From positions 1 through 55,195 of the forward strand of contig JAUIAZ010000001.1 of NCBI GenBank assembly GCA_030427465.1: a DNA stretch of 55,195 bases. The letters are read 5' to 3'. A model generated the notes under the pieces. It was not told where the DNA came from, made no database searches, and saw nothing but the letters and a program-made list of their open reading frames with translations. The DNA comes from Gammaproteobacteria bacterium. Its GTDB lineage: Bacteria; Pseudomonadota; Gammaproteobacteria; Pseudomonadales; Oleiphilaceae. Position numbers and translations under genes: made by a program. Positions 1 through 8,542 of the stretch are shown here, piece after piece. Each line of letters opens with the position of its first letter. Within the stretch, counting starts at the first letter, position 1.

Positions 1-1
1 C

Positions 2-519
2 ACTCTTGGGCGCCTGGAACAGAGCGTTGATCGCAGGGCTGTCATTGAAGCTCATCGGGTTTTGTGGGAGCGCTTTATCAAAGCCCACAAACGGCCACCA
101 CGCCGGATTGTCCTGGACTTTGATGCCACGGATATTGAGGTGCATGGCAACCAGGACGGTAAGTTTTTCCACGGCTATTACGATCACTATTGCTTCCTGC
201 CTTTGTACGTTTTCTGCGGGAGACACTTGCTGGTCAGCTACCTGCGGCCGAGCAACATTGATGGTGCAAAACACAGTTGGGCGATTACCCGCTTACTGGT
301 CAACTTCATCAGAAGCCATTGGCCCAGAACCCGGATTATCATCCGTGCAGACAGCGGCTTCTGCCGCATCAACATGCTGCAGTGGTGCGAGCGGAACCAG
401 GTTGACTATGTCATCGGTATCGCTCGAAACAGCCGGCTGGTGGAGAAGGCAGAGAATGGTTTTGAGGTCGCTCGGGAGATTCATGCAATGACGGGTAAGA
501 AGGTGTCTTTCTGCCTGCC
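2..519 (+). pseudogene. IS1380-family DDE transposase, 5' portion (runs off window start; interrupted by IS3-family insertion at 519/520)
   Basis: The frame of ORF 62..649 stays open back to nt 2. Motifs VLDFDATD, FHGYYDHYCFLPLY and IRADSGF fit IS1380/IS4-like DDE transposases. Transposase-like sequence stops at ...KKVSFCLP, exactly where the IS3 inverted repeat begins. Confidence 0.8.
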
Positions 520-544
520 TGAATCCTCCCGGCTTTGTCGGAGG
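520..544. repeat. IS3-family left terminal inverted repeat (TGAATCCTCCCGGCTTTGTCGGAGG)
   Basis: Aligned by eye to the reverse complement of 1798-1822 (TGAATCCCCCCGGGTTTATCGGAGG), with 3 mismatches in 25 nt. Confidence 0.85.
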
Positions 545-569
545 CTAACTTTCTTGAGAGAATTAGCCT

Positions 570-890
570 ATGAACAAACGACCTGGATATTCACCCGAAG
601 TACGGGAACGAGCAGTGCGACTGGTTTTGACCGGAGAGCACGAACATAAATCACGATGGGCGGCCATTCAATCAGTGGCGGCCAAGATCGGCTGTACGCC
701 TGAAACCCTGAGATCCTGGGTTCTCAAAATGGAGGTGGACAGCGGCGCCAAGCCCGGCGTAACCAGCGATCAAGCAGCCCGAATGAAGGAGCTCGAGCGA
801 GAGAATCGCGAGCTAAAGCGGGCCAATGAGATTCTGCGTAAGGCCGCTGCTTTTTTCGCCCAGGCGGAGTTCGACCGCAAATCGAAATAG
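570..890 (+). CDS. IS3-family transposase OrfA (HTH DNA-binding subunit)
   Basis: 106 aa. Typical IS3 OrfA features: RPGYSPEVRERAVRLV, a helix-turn-helix region, and the leucine-zipper-like ELERENRELKRANEILRKAAAFF at the C-terminus. Confidence 0.9.
   Translation: MNKRPGYSPEVRERAVRLVLTGEHEHKSRWAAIQSVAAKIGCTPETLRSWVLKMEVDSGAKPGVTSDQAARMKELERENRELKRANEILRKAAAFFAQAEFDRKSK
851..857 (+). promoter_or_regulatory. Candidate programmed -1 ribosomal frameshift heptamer T TTT TTC joining OrfA to OrfB
   Basis: X XXY YYZ motif in the orfA frame (gct ttt ttc). The -1 frame is open from 857 to the annotated orfB start at 890 (RPGGVRPQIEI) with no stop. Confidence 0.6.
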
Positions 891-1783
891 TGGTTGAGTT
901 TATCGATCGCGAGCGTGACGCCCATGGTGTCGAACCAATTTGCGAGATTCTGCAGGTTGCACCGTCCACGTATTACCGCCACAAAAGGCTTCAGGCCAAC
1001 CCCGAAGAACGATGCACCAGAGTAAAAAGGGATGAAGCGCTGATTCCGGAAATTGAGCGCATATACCAGGAGAATTACAGCGTATATGGCGCCAGAAAAG
1101 TCTGGAAGCAGTTGCAGCGTGAGTCGATCACCGTGGCTCGATGTACAGTTGAGCGACTCATGAAAGTGCAAGGTCTTCAGGGTATTAAACGAGGGCGACG
1201 TTGCAAAACGACCATTGCTGATGATTTGGCAGCGAAGCCGCTCGACTTGGTCAACCGGCAGTTTGTAGCTGAAAAACCCAATCAGCTTTGGGTGGCAGAC
1301 ATAACCTACGTGGCAACCTGGTCCGGCTTTGTCTACATCGCTTTTGTCGTAGATGTGTTCTCGCGCTATATCGTTGGCTGGCGAGCGCTGAAGAGCCTGC
1401 AGACGGATATCGTGCTGGATGCTCTCGAGCAGGCGCTGTGGGCTCGCGGCAAACCCAAAGGCGTGACGCATCACAGTGATCGAGGCAGCCAATACCTGTC
1501 GATCCGATATACCGAGCGATTGGCAGAGGCCGGTTTCAAAGCTTCGGTTGGAAGTGTTGGTGATTCTTATGACAACGCACTGGCCGAAACCATCAACGGG
1601 TTGTACAAGGCAGAGGTTATTCACAAGGATGGTCCTTGGAGGAATCTGGATGATGTTGAACGAGCGACTCTGACCTGGGTGGACTGGTTCAACAACCGAA
1701 GGCTTCTTTCGTCGATAGGCGATATTCCGCCTGCTGAGTATGAACTGTTGTATTATCAAAGAGCGGAGTCTGCTGCGGCATGA
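890..1783 (+). CDS. IS3-family transposase OrfB (DDE/rve integrase core), probably made as an OrfAB fusion
   Basis: 297 aa. DDE triad contexts are WVADITYV, HHSDRGSQY and DNALAETINGLYK. It lies in the -1 frame relative to orfA. Confidence 0.9.
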   Translation: MVEFIDRERDAHGVEPICEILQVAPSTYYRHKRLQANPEERCTRVKRDEALIPEIERIYQENYSVYGARKVWKQLQRESITVARCTVERLMKVQGLQGIKRGRRCKTTIADDLAAKPLDLVNRQFVAEKPNQLWVADITYVATWSGFVYIAFVVDVFSRYIVGWRALKSLQTDIVLDALEQALWARGKPKGVTHHSDRGSQYLSIRYTERLAEAGFKASVGSVGDSYDNALAETINGLYKAEVIHKDGPWRNLDDVERATLTWVDWFNNRRLLSSIGDIPPAEYELLYYQRAESAAA

Positions 1784-1797
1784 CTCAAATTAAATGA

Positions 1798-1822
1798 CCT
1801 CCGATAAACCCGGGGGGATTCA
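1798..1822. repeat. IS3-family right terminal inverted repeat
   Basis: Reverse complement matches 520-544 at 22/25 positions. It ends in CA and is followed by the GCC target duplication. Confidence 0.85.
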
Positions 1823-2288
1823 GCCGCTGATCTACAAAGCCCACAGCTGGACCTGGGCACAGTATGTGGTGGGCAAAGTTGAAGTGACGGATAAGGGCGA
1901 TAACCCCCGGTTTATCATCAGCACATTGACCGGTGAAGATCCTGAGAAACTGTACCGGGAAATCTACTGTGCTCGTGGCGACATGGAAAACCGGATCAAA
2001 GACCAGCAACTGGATTTGTTTGCAGATAGAACCTCCAGCTCCCGCTGGTGGACCAACCAGTGGAGGCTGCTGCTTTCAGGCTTTGCGTACTGCTTGTTCG
2101 AGGAACTGCGGCAGCTGCTGAAGAAAACCGAATTGGCCAAAGCATCCGTTAACACTTTGCGCCTGAGGCTGCTGAAGATCGGTGCCGTAGTGACCCGCAA
2201 TACCCGACGCATCCGGTTCTTGATGAGCGAGGCATACCCTCACCAAGAACTGTTCAGACTGCTATACCGTCGCCTTAAAAAAACGTAA
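1823..2288 (+). pseudogene. IS1380-family DDE transposase, 3' portion (continuation of 2..519 after the IS3 insertion)
   Basis: The protein continues ...LIYKAHSWTWAQYVVGKVEVTDKGDNPRFIIS... and contains the catalytic-Glu signature YCARGDMENRIK. Removing 520-1825 restores a single reading frame. Confidence 0.8.
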
Positions 2289-2860
2289 AAATTAAGCGGC
2301 CACCCAGAGCCAATAATCTGGGGTAAGGGGAAGTTGTGCCTGGAGCACCGCCATCTTCGTAAATCTGATCAATCTATAGCCGACTCAGTCCTGAGTGACG
2401 CCTTGAGAGCACTCGGCCCGAAGATTATGCTCTGAGACAGGGCTTCATGAGAAATCCGGGCTAGCTGATTAAAAAACGCCCAATAGTGGCAGGTGCTCAA
2501 AATGGGCACTCCGTAAAAACGAGCGAGGGGTTAGATCGCCTCCTGTGTCTAATCTTCCACATTGATGATGGTTTCCTGAGTGCCAACATGATTCGCCGGC
2601 GATTCGTCACAATCACGATATCGCATAGTTGAGCAGCAGCATTCATGCGAGACAAGCCAGTCCAGAATGTTGCAATCATTGTAGTGTTCAGTACTTGGGC
2701 TCTCTATAGCATAGTGCGCTTTCTGAAACAGTTGTATAAACAAATCGTTTATCTGGATACGTTGGCCTTCATACTCAATCATTGTTATAGCATAATTAAT
2801 CTGATGCGCTCCAGCTCTGATTCGGCCTGTCAGTATGCTGGCTGATACTCTATTTTCATG

Positions 2861-2880
2861 CTGTTTTGTCCGTGAAATCT
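2861..2880. repeat. 20-bp exact direct repeat, copy 1 (relic 3' end of the aminotransferase gene with its own stop)
   Basis: ctgttttgtccgtgaaatct is identical to 4798-4817. On the minus strand it reads DFTDKTA-stop. Confidence 0.9.
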
Positions 2881-2887
2881 ACAGCTA

Positions 2888-4681
2888 CTACATTGCCGAA
2901 TCGTTGACGCTGAAAAGGTTTTGAAGTGCTGGTTTCAATAGTGCCGCCCCAGTTAGCGTCATATGCCCTGCGTCAAAATAAAATAGATTTCCATTTTTAT
3001 CTTTTGTCTTACATTTCGGTGAGCAGAATATATTGCTTGTATTAATTACACGAACATTTGTCGTTGCGGCGAGATTAGAAATGAGTTCCTCATTGTATTT
3101 GTTGTATTGCTCTATTGTTTGAGATGGTATTTTGGATGCGCCAATGGACTCTAAGTAAGCTTGTTTGGGTATATGTACCTGATAAACTGGAACAGGCATG
3201 ATAAAGCTGACGGTTATCCCTGCGTCCTCACTTAACTTAGATAATTGAAAGATCGTATCCACTTGGATGCTTTTAGGGGCGTAGTGCAGAACGATTTGTT
3301 TGCTATTAGTAAGTTTTGCCTCCTGAATGACGTGCTCTGGCTTTATGCTGCTGTTATCCATGAGCGGGTTGTTGGAGACATAAAAATAGGTTTGATATCC
3401 ATTTTCTCTGGCTACTTCGTCAAAGGTCGTTTTGATTGCGTCTGCATGAGAGTTTCCAACGAGTAAAATGGAATCCAATGTGTCATTCGTTTTCCCCAAT
3501 GGACAAACTTGCTTCGTTGGTTGAATTGCCCTAAAGATTTTTCCGCATCTATATGGCGCTCTATCTTCCCAAGCAAAGAAAATCTTCTTTTGTTCAGGCG
3601 AGAAACGATTATCTTGGATTAAATTGCTGATAGAAATTACACATACTATTGAACCTGTTCCAGCTAGAAGGATCGTGCGGGGGGGCGGCCATTTCTTCCT
3701 CTCTATGTATTGGTAGCTAAGATATGAAAATATGCATACGATTAAAAAAAAAGTGACAGACGTTAACCATGAATTAGTCGCGAGGATGGTTCCATTAAAA
3801 GGTTCGTAATTACCAAGTATGATAACCGGAAAGTGTACAAGGTAAATTGAGTATGAATATGTGCCAATTTTCTCAAGAGCTTTGCCAGCTTTGGAAGCTA
3901 TCAAACTCTCCGGCAAACCTACACTCAAGGCGAGAGCGGTGGTCAGAACTATTGCTAAAGCAAACAAGCCTGGATGCCCTATCAAAATTGACAAGGCTCG
4001 TCCGTCAACCGGGATGAGCGGTATGGCGAACAGTATTAAGAAACATATCCAACCTAGTTTTTCTCTATTCTGTATTCGAGAGAACTGTAATGAGATGTTT
4101 GCTACCCAATAACCAAATAGAAATTCCCATACTCTAAGCGGCATCATGAAAAATGAAGTTTTTGGCGAGATGGTTAACGCGGCCAAACAAAGAATCAGAC
4201 TGCCGACTAAACAAAGGGTGAATAATATCTTTCTCTTACGAAAAATAAGAGCGACGAGCGGTACGAACAAATAAAACTGGATCTCTACGCCTAGCGACCA
4301 TAAATGCAGTAGTGGGTTAAACTCTGCTTTACTAAAATAGGAATTTTGCAACCAAAAGCCGATGTTCGAGCTAAAAAACAAAGCAAAAATGCCTTGATCT
4401 CTAACTTGATTGAAATCACTGGGTACTGTCAGAACGGATGCTGCTGCAAGAGTAAGAACAATAGTGGCGTAGTACGCAGGTAGAAGGCGTTTCGCTCGCC
4501 GAGCGAAAAACTGACTCGCCTCGCCTTTAATGTAAAGCTTTGCCATCAGATAGCCGCTGATCACAAAAAATACATCAACGCCGAGAAATCCGCTTTGGAA
4601 TGTAGCAATTCCAAAATGAAAAAGCACGACCATTAGAACTGCGATGCCGCGCAGGATTTGTATATCAGCTCTGTACTTCAA
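2888..4681 (-). CDS. Integral-membrane O-acyltransferase, acyltransferase-3 domain fused to SGNH-like domain (OafA-like O-antigen acetylase)
   Basis: 597 aa. The N-terminal multi-TM domain carries RADIQILRGIAVLMVVLFH and GVDVFFVISGYL. The C-terminal extension contains LLVGNSHA. TTG start with AAGGAAG 8 nt upstream. Confidence 0.85.
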   Translation of the reverse strand: MKYRADIQILRGIAVLMVVLFHFGIATFQSGFLGVDVFFVISGYLMAKLYIKGEASQFFARRAKRLLPAYYATIVLTLAAASVLTVPSDFNQVRDQGIFALFFSSNIGFWLQNSYFSKAEFNPLLHLWSLGVEIQFYLFVPLVALIFRKRKILFTLCLVGSLILCLAALTISPKTSFFMMPLRVWEFLFGYWVANISLQFSRIQNREKLGWICFLILFAIPLIPVDGRALSILIGHPGLFALAIVLTTALALSVGLPESLIASKAGKALEKIGTYSYSIYLVHFPVIILGNYEPFNGTILATNSWLTSVTFFLIVCIFSYLSYQYIERKKWPPPRTILLAGTGSIVCVISISNLIQDNRFSPEQKKIFFAWEDRAPYRCGKIFRAIQPTKQVCPLGKTNDTLDSILLVGNSHADAIKTTFDEVARENGYQTYFYVSNNPLMDNSSIKPEHVIQEAKLTNSKQIVLHYAPKSIQVDTIFQLSKLSEDAGITVSFIMPVPVYQVHIPKQAYLESIGASKIPSQTIEQYNKYNEELISNLAATTNVRVINTSNIFCSPKCKTKDKNGNLFYFDAGHMTLTGAALLKPALQNLFSVNDSAM

Positions 4682-4792
4682 GAGATCACTTCCTTGTTTT
4701 TTGTCAACACTCTAAGTGGTGAGGTTGACTAAGGCAATCTTATAGCTAGAAGGGATGATTACTGTTTCATAACTTTTGAGTTGGTGTCAAAC

Positions 4793-5998
4793 TTATTCTG
4801 TTTTGTCCGTGAAATCTGAATATATATTCTCGAGCACCCCCCTTAACGAAAAACACGACTCAGCCATAATCTCACTAGTGATCGTCGGATGAACTAAGAA
4901 TGTGAGACTGGTTTCGCCCAACTCACGAGCTACGGGCAGATAGATTTCAGGCCTTGAGGGGTGATTGTCGAACGCCTTTTCCAAGTATACTTCGGAGCAT
5001 GAACCTTGCATGCACGGTATACCAGCTTCATTGATTCGTTGAATCAAGGTGTCCCGATCTATCTCGTCCGGAAGCTTCTCTGGAATAACGAATGCATAGA
5101 ATTTGTAGTTGGCATGTTGCACATCCTGCGGAACAACCGGAACCCTTATAAAATCGAAACGCCTCAAGACAGAAGTCAAGGCTTCTGCGTTCCTGCATCT
5201 CTGTGCATGCCATTCGGGCATTCGACGCAATTGTATGCGTCCGATTGCAGACTGCATTTCTGTCAAGCGCCAATTGGTTCCAAAAGATTCATGCAACCAG
5301 CGAAATCCAGGCGAATGCTCCCGGTTATAAACAGCGTCATAGCTTTTACCGTGATCCTTAAAAGACCACATCTTCTCCCAAAGCGCTTGATCGTTGGTGG
5401 TAACCATTCCGCCTTCCCCACCTGTGGTCATGATCTTGTCCTGGCAAAAGGACCAGGCACCAATATGCCCGATACTTCCCACAGAGCGCCCCTTATATCG
5501 CCCGCCATGAGCCTGCGCGCAATCCTCGATGATCTTCAAATCAAACTCTTTCGCTAGCTCCAGAAAGCCATCCATATCGCAAGGCCATCCTGCCAAGTGC
5601 ACACAAACAATGGCTTTCGTTCGCGGGCTAATGACTCTTCGAACCGTCTCTGGGGTAATGTTCTGGGAATCCCTGTCCACCTCAGCAAAAACAGGAATCG
5701 CCCCCGCATTCACGATTGAACTAATGGAAGCGATAAAGGTGCGAGGCGTGACTATCACTTCATCACCCTCGCCGATACCCAAAGCATAAAAGGCTAAATC
5801 CAATGCCACCGTGCCGTTTGCCACTGCAATGGCATATTCGGTTTCTGCGAACGTCGCAAATTCTTTCTCGAATTGCCGTCCTTCAGCGCCAGTCCAATAA
5901 TTCACTTTGTTCGATAAGAGTATTTGAGAGACCTTATCGGCTTCTTCTTGGGTAAAGGAAGGCCAGTTTGCTAAAGACGGGTGTAATAGATTATTCAC
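4793..5998 (-). CDS. DegT/DnrJ/EryC1/StrS-family PLP aminotransferase (PglE/WbpE-like, nucleotide-4-keto-6-deoxy-HexNAc aminotransferase)
   Basis: 401 aa. Motifs ANGTVALDLA and DEVIVTPRTF, with the active-site lysine in context SFCQDKIMTTGGEGG. It sits beside PglD- and PglC-like genes. Confidence 0.85.
   Translation of the reverse strand: MNNLLHPSLANWPSFTQEEADKVSQILLSNKVNYWTGAEGRQFEKEFATFAETEYAIAVANGTVALDLAFYALGIGEGDEVIVTPRTFIASISSIVNAGAIPVFAEVDRDSQNITPETVRRVISPRTKAIVCVHLAGWPCDMDGFLELAKEFDLKIIEDCAQAHGGRYKGRSVGSIGHIGAWSFCQDKIMTTGGEGGMVTTNDQALWEKMWSFKDHGKSYDAVYNREHSPGFRWLHESFGTNWRLTEMQSAIGRIQLRRMPEWHAQRCRNAEALTSVLRRFDFIRVPVVPQDVQHANYKFYAFVIPEKLPDEIDRDTLIQRINEAGIPCMQGSCSEVYLEKAFDNHPSRPEIYLPVARELGETSLTFLVHPTITSEIMAESCFSLRGVLENIYSDFTDKTE
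4798..4817. repeat. 20-bp exact direct repeat, copy 2 (last codons of aminotransferase CDS 4793..5998)
   Basis: ctgttttgtccgtgaaatct. On the minus strand it encodes DFTDKT, followed by E-stop. Confidence 0.9.
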
Positions 5999-6058
5999 TT
6001 CTTCGACACTTCTTTGTTTGAACAGTGAGCCAGTTGAGAGCCCAGTCGTTGCTCACTT

Positions 6059-6682
6059 TTAAAGGCGCTGGATCGGTTTAGCCGGCACACCAATATAAAC
6101 CCCTGCCTGATCCAGGTCCGAAACTACTGCGGCACCAACTCCGACCACCACATTTGCACCTATGCGTACCACTTGCTTCGTTGAAACGCCCGTTCCGAGC
6201 CAGGAAAAATCTCCTACAGATACTGCACCAGCCAAATGTACTCCGGGGGACAAATGAACAGACTTGCCCAGTACACAATCATGATCTACTGAAGCAGATG
6301 TATTAATCACGCAACATTCTGAAATTACCGCACCAACACCAAGCACCGCTCCAGAACAAATCAGAGAGCCTTTAGCTACCTGGCTATGACGAGAAACAAA
6401 GGCACTGCTATGAACAATATTAACGGGATTAAACCCTTGCTCTTCAAACGCTTTAAAAACCCTATAGCGGGTTAGGTTATCTCCAATCGCGATGAAGTAA
6501 TCACTGGCTGCTGGAGCTACTTCATCAAGCGATCCGCCAACAACCGGCCACACACCACAGCGCTCTAGCTCTGGATACTTTTGGTCAATAAAAACAATCT
6601 CACTCCAGCGCCCGGTACTTTCAGCCGCCTCGGCTGCCACCTTGCCATGACCGCCCGCGCCGACGACATACAAGCAACTCAC
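6059..6682 (-). CDS. NeuD/PglD-family amino-sugar N-acetyltransferase
   Basis: 207 aa. N-terminal VVGAGGHGKV motif plus C-terminal hexapeptide (left-handed beta-helix) repeats. The GTG start overlaps the upstream stop (GTGA). Confidence 0.8.
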   Translation of the reverse strand: MSCLYVVGAGGHGKVAAEAAESTGRWSEIVFIDQKYPELERCGVWPVVGGSLDEVAPAASDYFIAIGDNLTRYRVFKAFEEQGFNPVNIVHSSAFVSRHSQVAKGSLICSGAVLGVGAVISECCVINTSASVDHDCVLGKSVHLSPGVHLAGAVSVGDFSWLGTGVSTKQVVRIGANVVVGVGAAVVSDLDQAGVYIGVPAKPIQRL

Positions 6683-7284
6683 TGCGCGGAGCCTCTAAAT
6701 TTCTCCATCGTAGCTTGCCCTTCTTGTGAGATGCCGTCCCTCTTAAAAACTTTAAGAAAGGTCAACAGTAGAATTTTGACATCCAACCATAGACTTTGAT
6801 GGTCGACATACCAAATATCCAGTTTGAACTTTTCTTCCCAAGAGATGGCATTGCGTCCATTCACCTGCGCCCACCCGGTCACGCCTGGTCGTACCTGATG
6901 ACGCCGTGCTTGTTCATCATTATAAAGCGGCAAGTATTCCATCAACAGCGGACGAGGACCAACCAGGCTCATATCGCCTTTTAACACATTCCAAATCTCT
7001 GGCAATTCATCCAAACTCGTTGCCCTGAGTAGCTGTCCAAATCTCGTTAAACGTTCTTCGTCGGGCAATGGCTTACCGTTTATATCCATGGCATCGCGCA
7101 TGGTTCGAAACTTCACCATCTCAAAAGGCTTTCCGTTTACACCAGGGCGAATTTGGCGAAACAAGATGGGGCTGCCCAAGTTATGACGCACGAGAAGAGA
7201 GACAACAACACCCAAAGGCAGAAGTATCGGCAATGCAAGCAGGACTAACACCAAATCAATGCTGCGCTTCACCATGCTCACCAA
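6679..7284 (-). CDS. Small monotopic phosphoglycosyl transferase (PglC / WbaP C-terminal family), initiating sugar-phosphate transferase
   Basis: 201 aa. One N-terminal hydrophobic helix, then the SLDELPEIWNVLKGDMSLVGPRP signature. Confidence 0.85.
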   Translation of the reverse strand: MVSMVKRSIDLVLVLLALPILLPLGVVVSLLVRHNLGSPILFRQIRPGVNGKPFEMVKFRTMRDAMDINGKPLPDEERLTRFGQLLRATSLDELPEIWNVLKGDMSLVGPRPLLMEYLPLYNDEQARRHQVRPGVTGWAQVNGRNAISWEEKFKLDIWYVDHQSLWLDVKILLLTFLKVFKRDGISQEGQATMEKFRGSAQ

Positions 7285-8542
7285 AAGTCTTGGACAAATT
7301 TTTATACTCTTTCGTTGCGCCTAATACCCAATCAAGCCAAGCATCCGCCAATTTATTTCTATCAAACTCACGCTCAGCGAGCGAGCGAGCATTTTCACCC
7401 ATGCTCACCAGAGTAGACTGGTTATCTCGCGCAGTTATCAACGCGTTTGCAAACGCCTCAGGATCTTCTGGTGGAACCGCATAACCACAATGATTTTCAG
7501 TCACCAAATTTGCCACCCAGCCGGGGTAATTATTCAGCACAGGCAAACCCGCTGCCAAGTAGTCAAAAAACTTATTCGGCGATGTGCCATAATAAAAAGG
7601 TTTCACATTTGCAAGCAGCTGCATACCGATATCCGCTGAAGCCATCAAGGCCGCCAACTTTTGTTTATTGACCGGTTCATGAAAAACAACATTGTCAAGC
7701 GCTCTCTCCTTAGCTAAACGTTGCAGCTCTGGCTTCAGTTGCCCCTGACCAACAAGCACCAACTTTATCCCGTCTTCTTTCTTTGCCTTAAGATGCGCTG
7801 CGGCATCCAAAACAGCATTCAACCCGTTGGCCATTCCATGTGTGCCTGTGAAAACTGCCATCAACTCATGCTCCGAAACACCTTCAGGTCTCCAAGGTTT
7901 CACCGATTCAAACTGATCACCCTTTGACCCAAAAATATCTAAATCACAACCATTAGGAATCAATAAGATCTTTTCTTCACTAACACCTCGACGCTGAATA
8001 CCTTCAACGATGCCTGGTGACAGACCAATGCAACGAGTTGCAGAACGGTAAGACAACCATTCCAGCATAGACATTAACCACAACACTACTGGGTTAGATA
8101 TCACGCCCATGGCTTTTGGCAATTCGGGCCATAGGTCTCGCACTTCGAACACAAAGGGTTTTCGGCGTAACCAGCGAGCAAATATTCCGGGAATTCCCGC
8201 AGTAAGCGGTGTAGTTGTCGCAAAAACAACATCGTAGTTGAGCGTTAAAGCAATTCGAATACTCTTCAGCGCAAAAAGCAAGAAGGTTAGGGCTCGTTTA
8301 AAAAAACCATCCGCATTCGAATAGGCAAGGTCAAATTCGATAATATTAATGCCATCAACCTTTCCCGTTCTTCTGCCTTTTGAAAAGACACTTTCCAAGC
8401 CCGTTTGCCCAACACCGTAACTACCACAAACCATCGTCACAGAGTGCCCTGCATTCACGAGGGCTCGCGCCATTTGATAGGATCGAATTCCAGCAGCGCC
8501 TTTTGGCGTCGAGAAGTGCTGATGAAAATAAAGTACGTGCAT
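7256..8542 (-). CDS. Glycosyltransferase family 4 (WbuB-like)
   Basis: 428 aa with GT-B-type organisation. The N-terminus HVLYFHQHFSTPKGAAGIRSY is typical of WbuB-like GT4 enzymes. Confidence 0.75.
   Translation of the reverse strand: MHVLYFHQHFSTPKGAAGIRSYQMARALVNAGHSVTMVCGSYGVGQTGLESVFSKGRRTGKVDGINIIEFDLAYSNADGFFKRALTFLLFALKSIRIALTLNYDVVFATTTPLTAGIPGIFARWLRRKPFVFEVRDLWPELPKAMGVISNPVVLWLMSMLEWLSYRSATRCIGLSPGIVEGIQRRGVSEEKILLIPNGCDLDIFGSKGDQFESVKPWRPEGVSEHELMAVFTGTHGMANGLNAVLDAAAHLKAKKEDGIKLVLVGQGQLKPELQRLAKERALDNVVFHEPVNKQKLAALMASADIGMQLLANVKPFYYGTSPNKFFDYLAAGLPVLNNYPGWVANLVTENHCGYAVPPEDPEAFANALITARDNQSTLVSMGENARSLAEREFDRNKLADAWLDWVLGATKEYKNLSKTFGEHGEAQH

Larger units (their letters stand above)
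520..1822 (+). mobile_element. Complete IS3-family insertion sequence (1303 bp, TG...CA termini)
   Basis: Terminal inverted repeats at 520-544 and 1798-1822 match at 22 of 25 nt. A 3-bp direct repeat GCC lies at 517-519 and 1823-1825. orfA and orfB sit in 0/-1 frames with a slippery heptamer. Confidence 0.9.

Noticed and set aside
6-491. 161-aa ORF in another frame over the IS1380 transposase fragment
   Set aside because: It overlaps the frame that carries clear transposase motifs, and its own sequence is low-complexity with no family resemblance.
770-1759. 329-aa ORF antisense to the IS3 orfB
   Set aside because: It is fully contained in and opposite to a CDS with clear DDE transposase motifs, and has no recognisable motifs of its own. 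Long antisense open frames are common in such genes.
2497-2845. Three small overlapping ORFs (60, 77 and 66 aa) between the IS1380 end and the acyltransferase cassette
   Set aside because: They are mutually exclusive, have no recognisable motifs or ribosome-binding sites, and the region may be relic flank DNA. It is left unannotated, but a homology search is worthwhile.
4702-4790. Two perfect TTGACA hexamers (minus strand) in the 111-bp leader of the acyltransferase gene
   Set aside because: No acceptably spaced -10 hexamer follows either one, so no promoter is called.
6024-6057. Hairpin (7-bp stem AGTGAGC/GCTCACT, 20-nt loop) between the PglD-like and aminotransferase genes
   Set aside because: On the transcribed (minus) strand it lacks a U-tract and has a large loop. 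It is not a convincing terminator and may just be an intercistronic structure.
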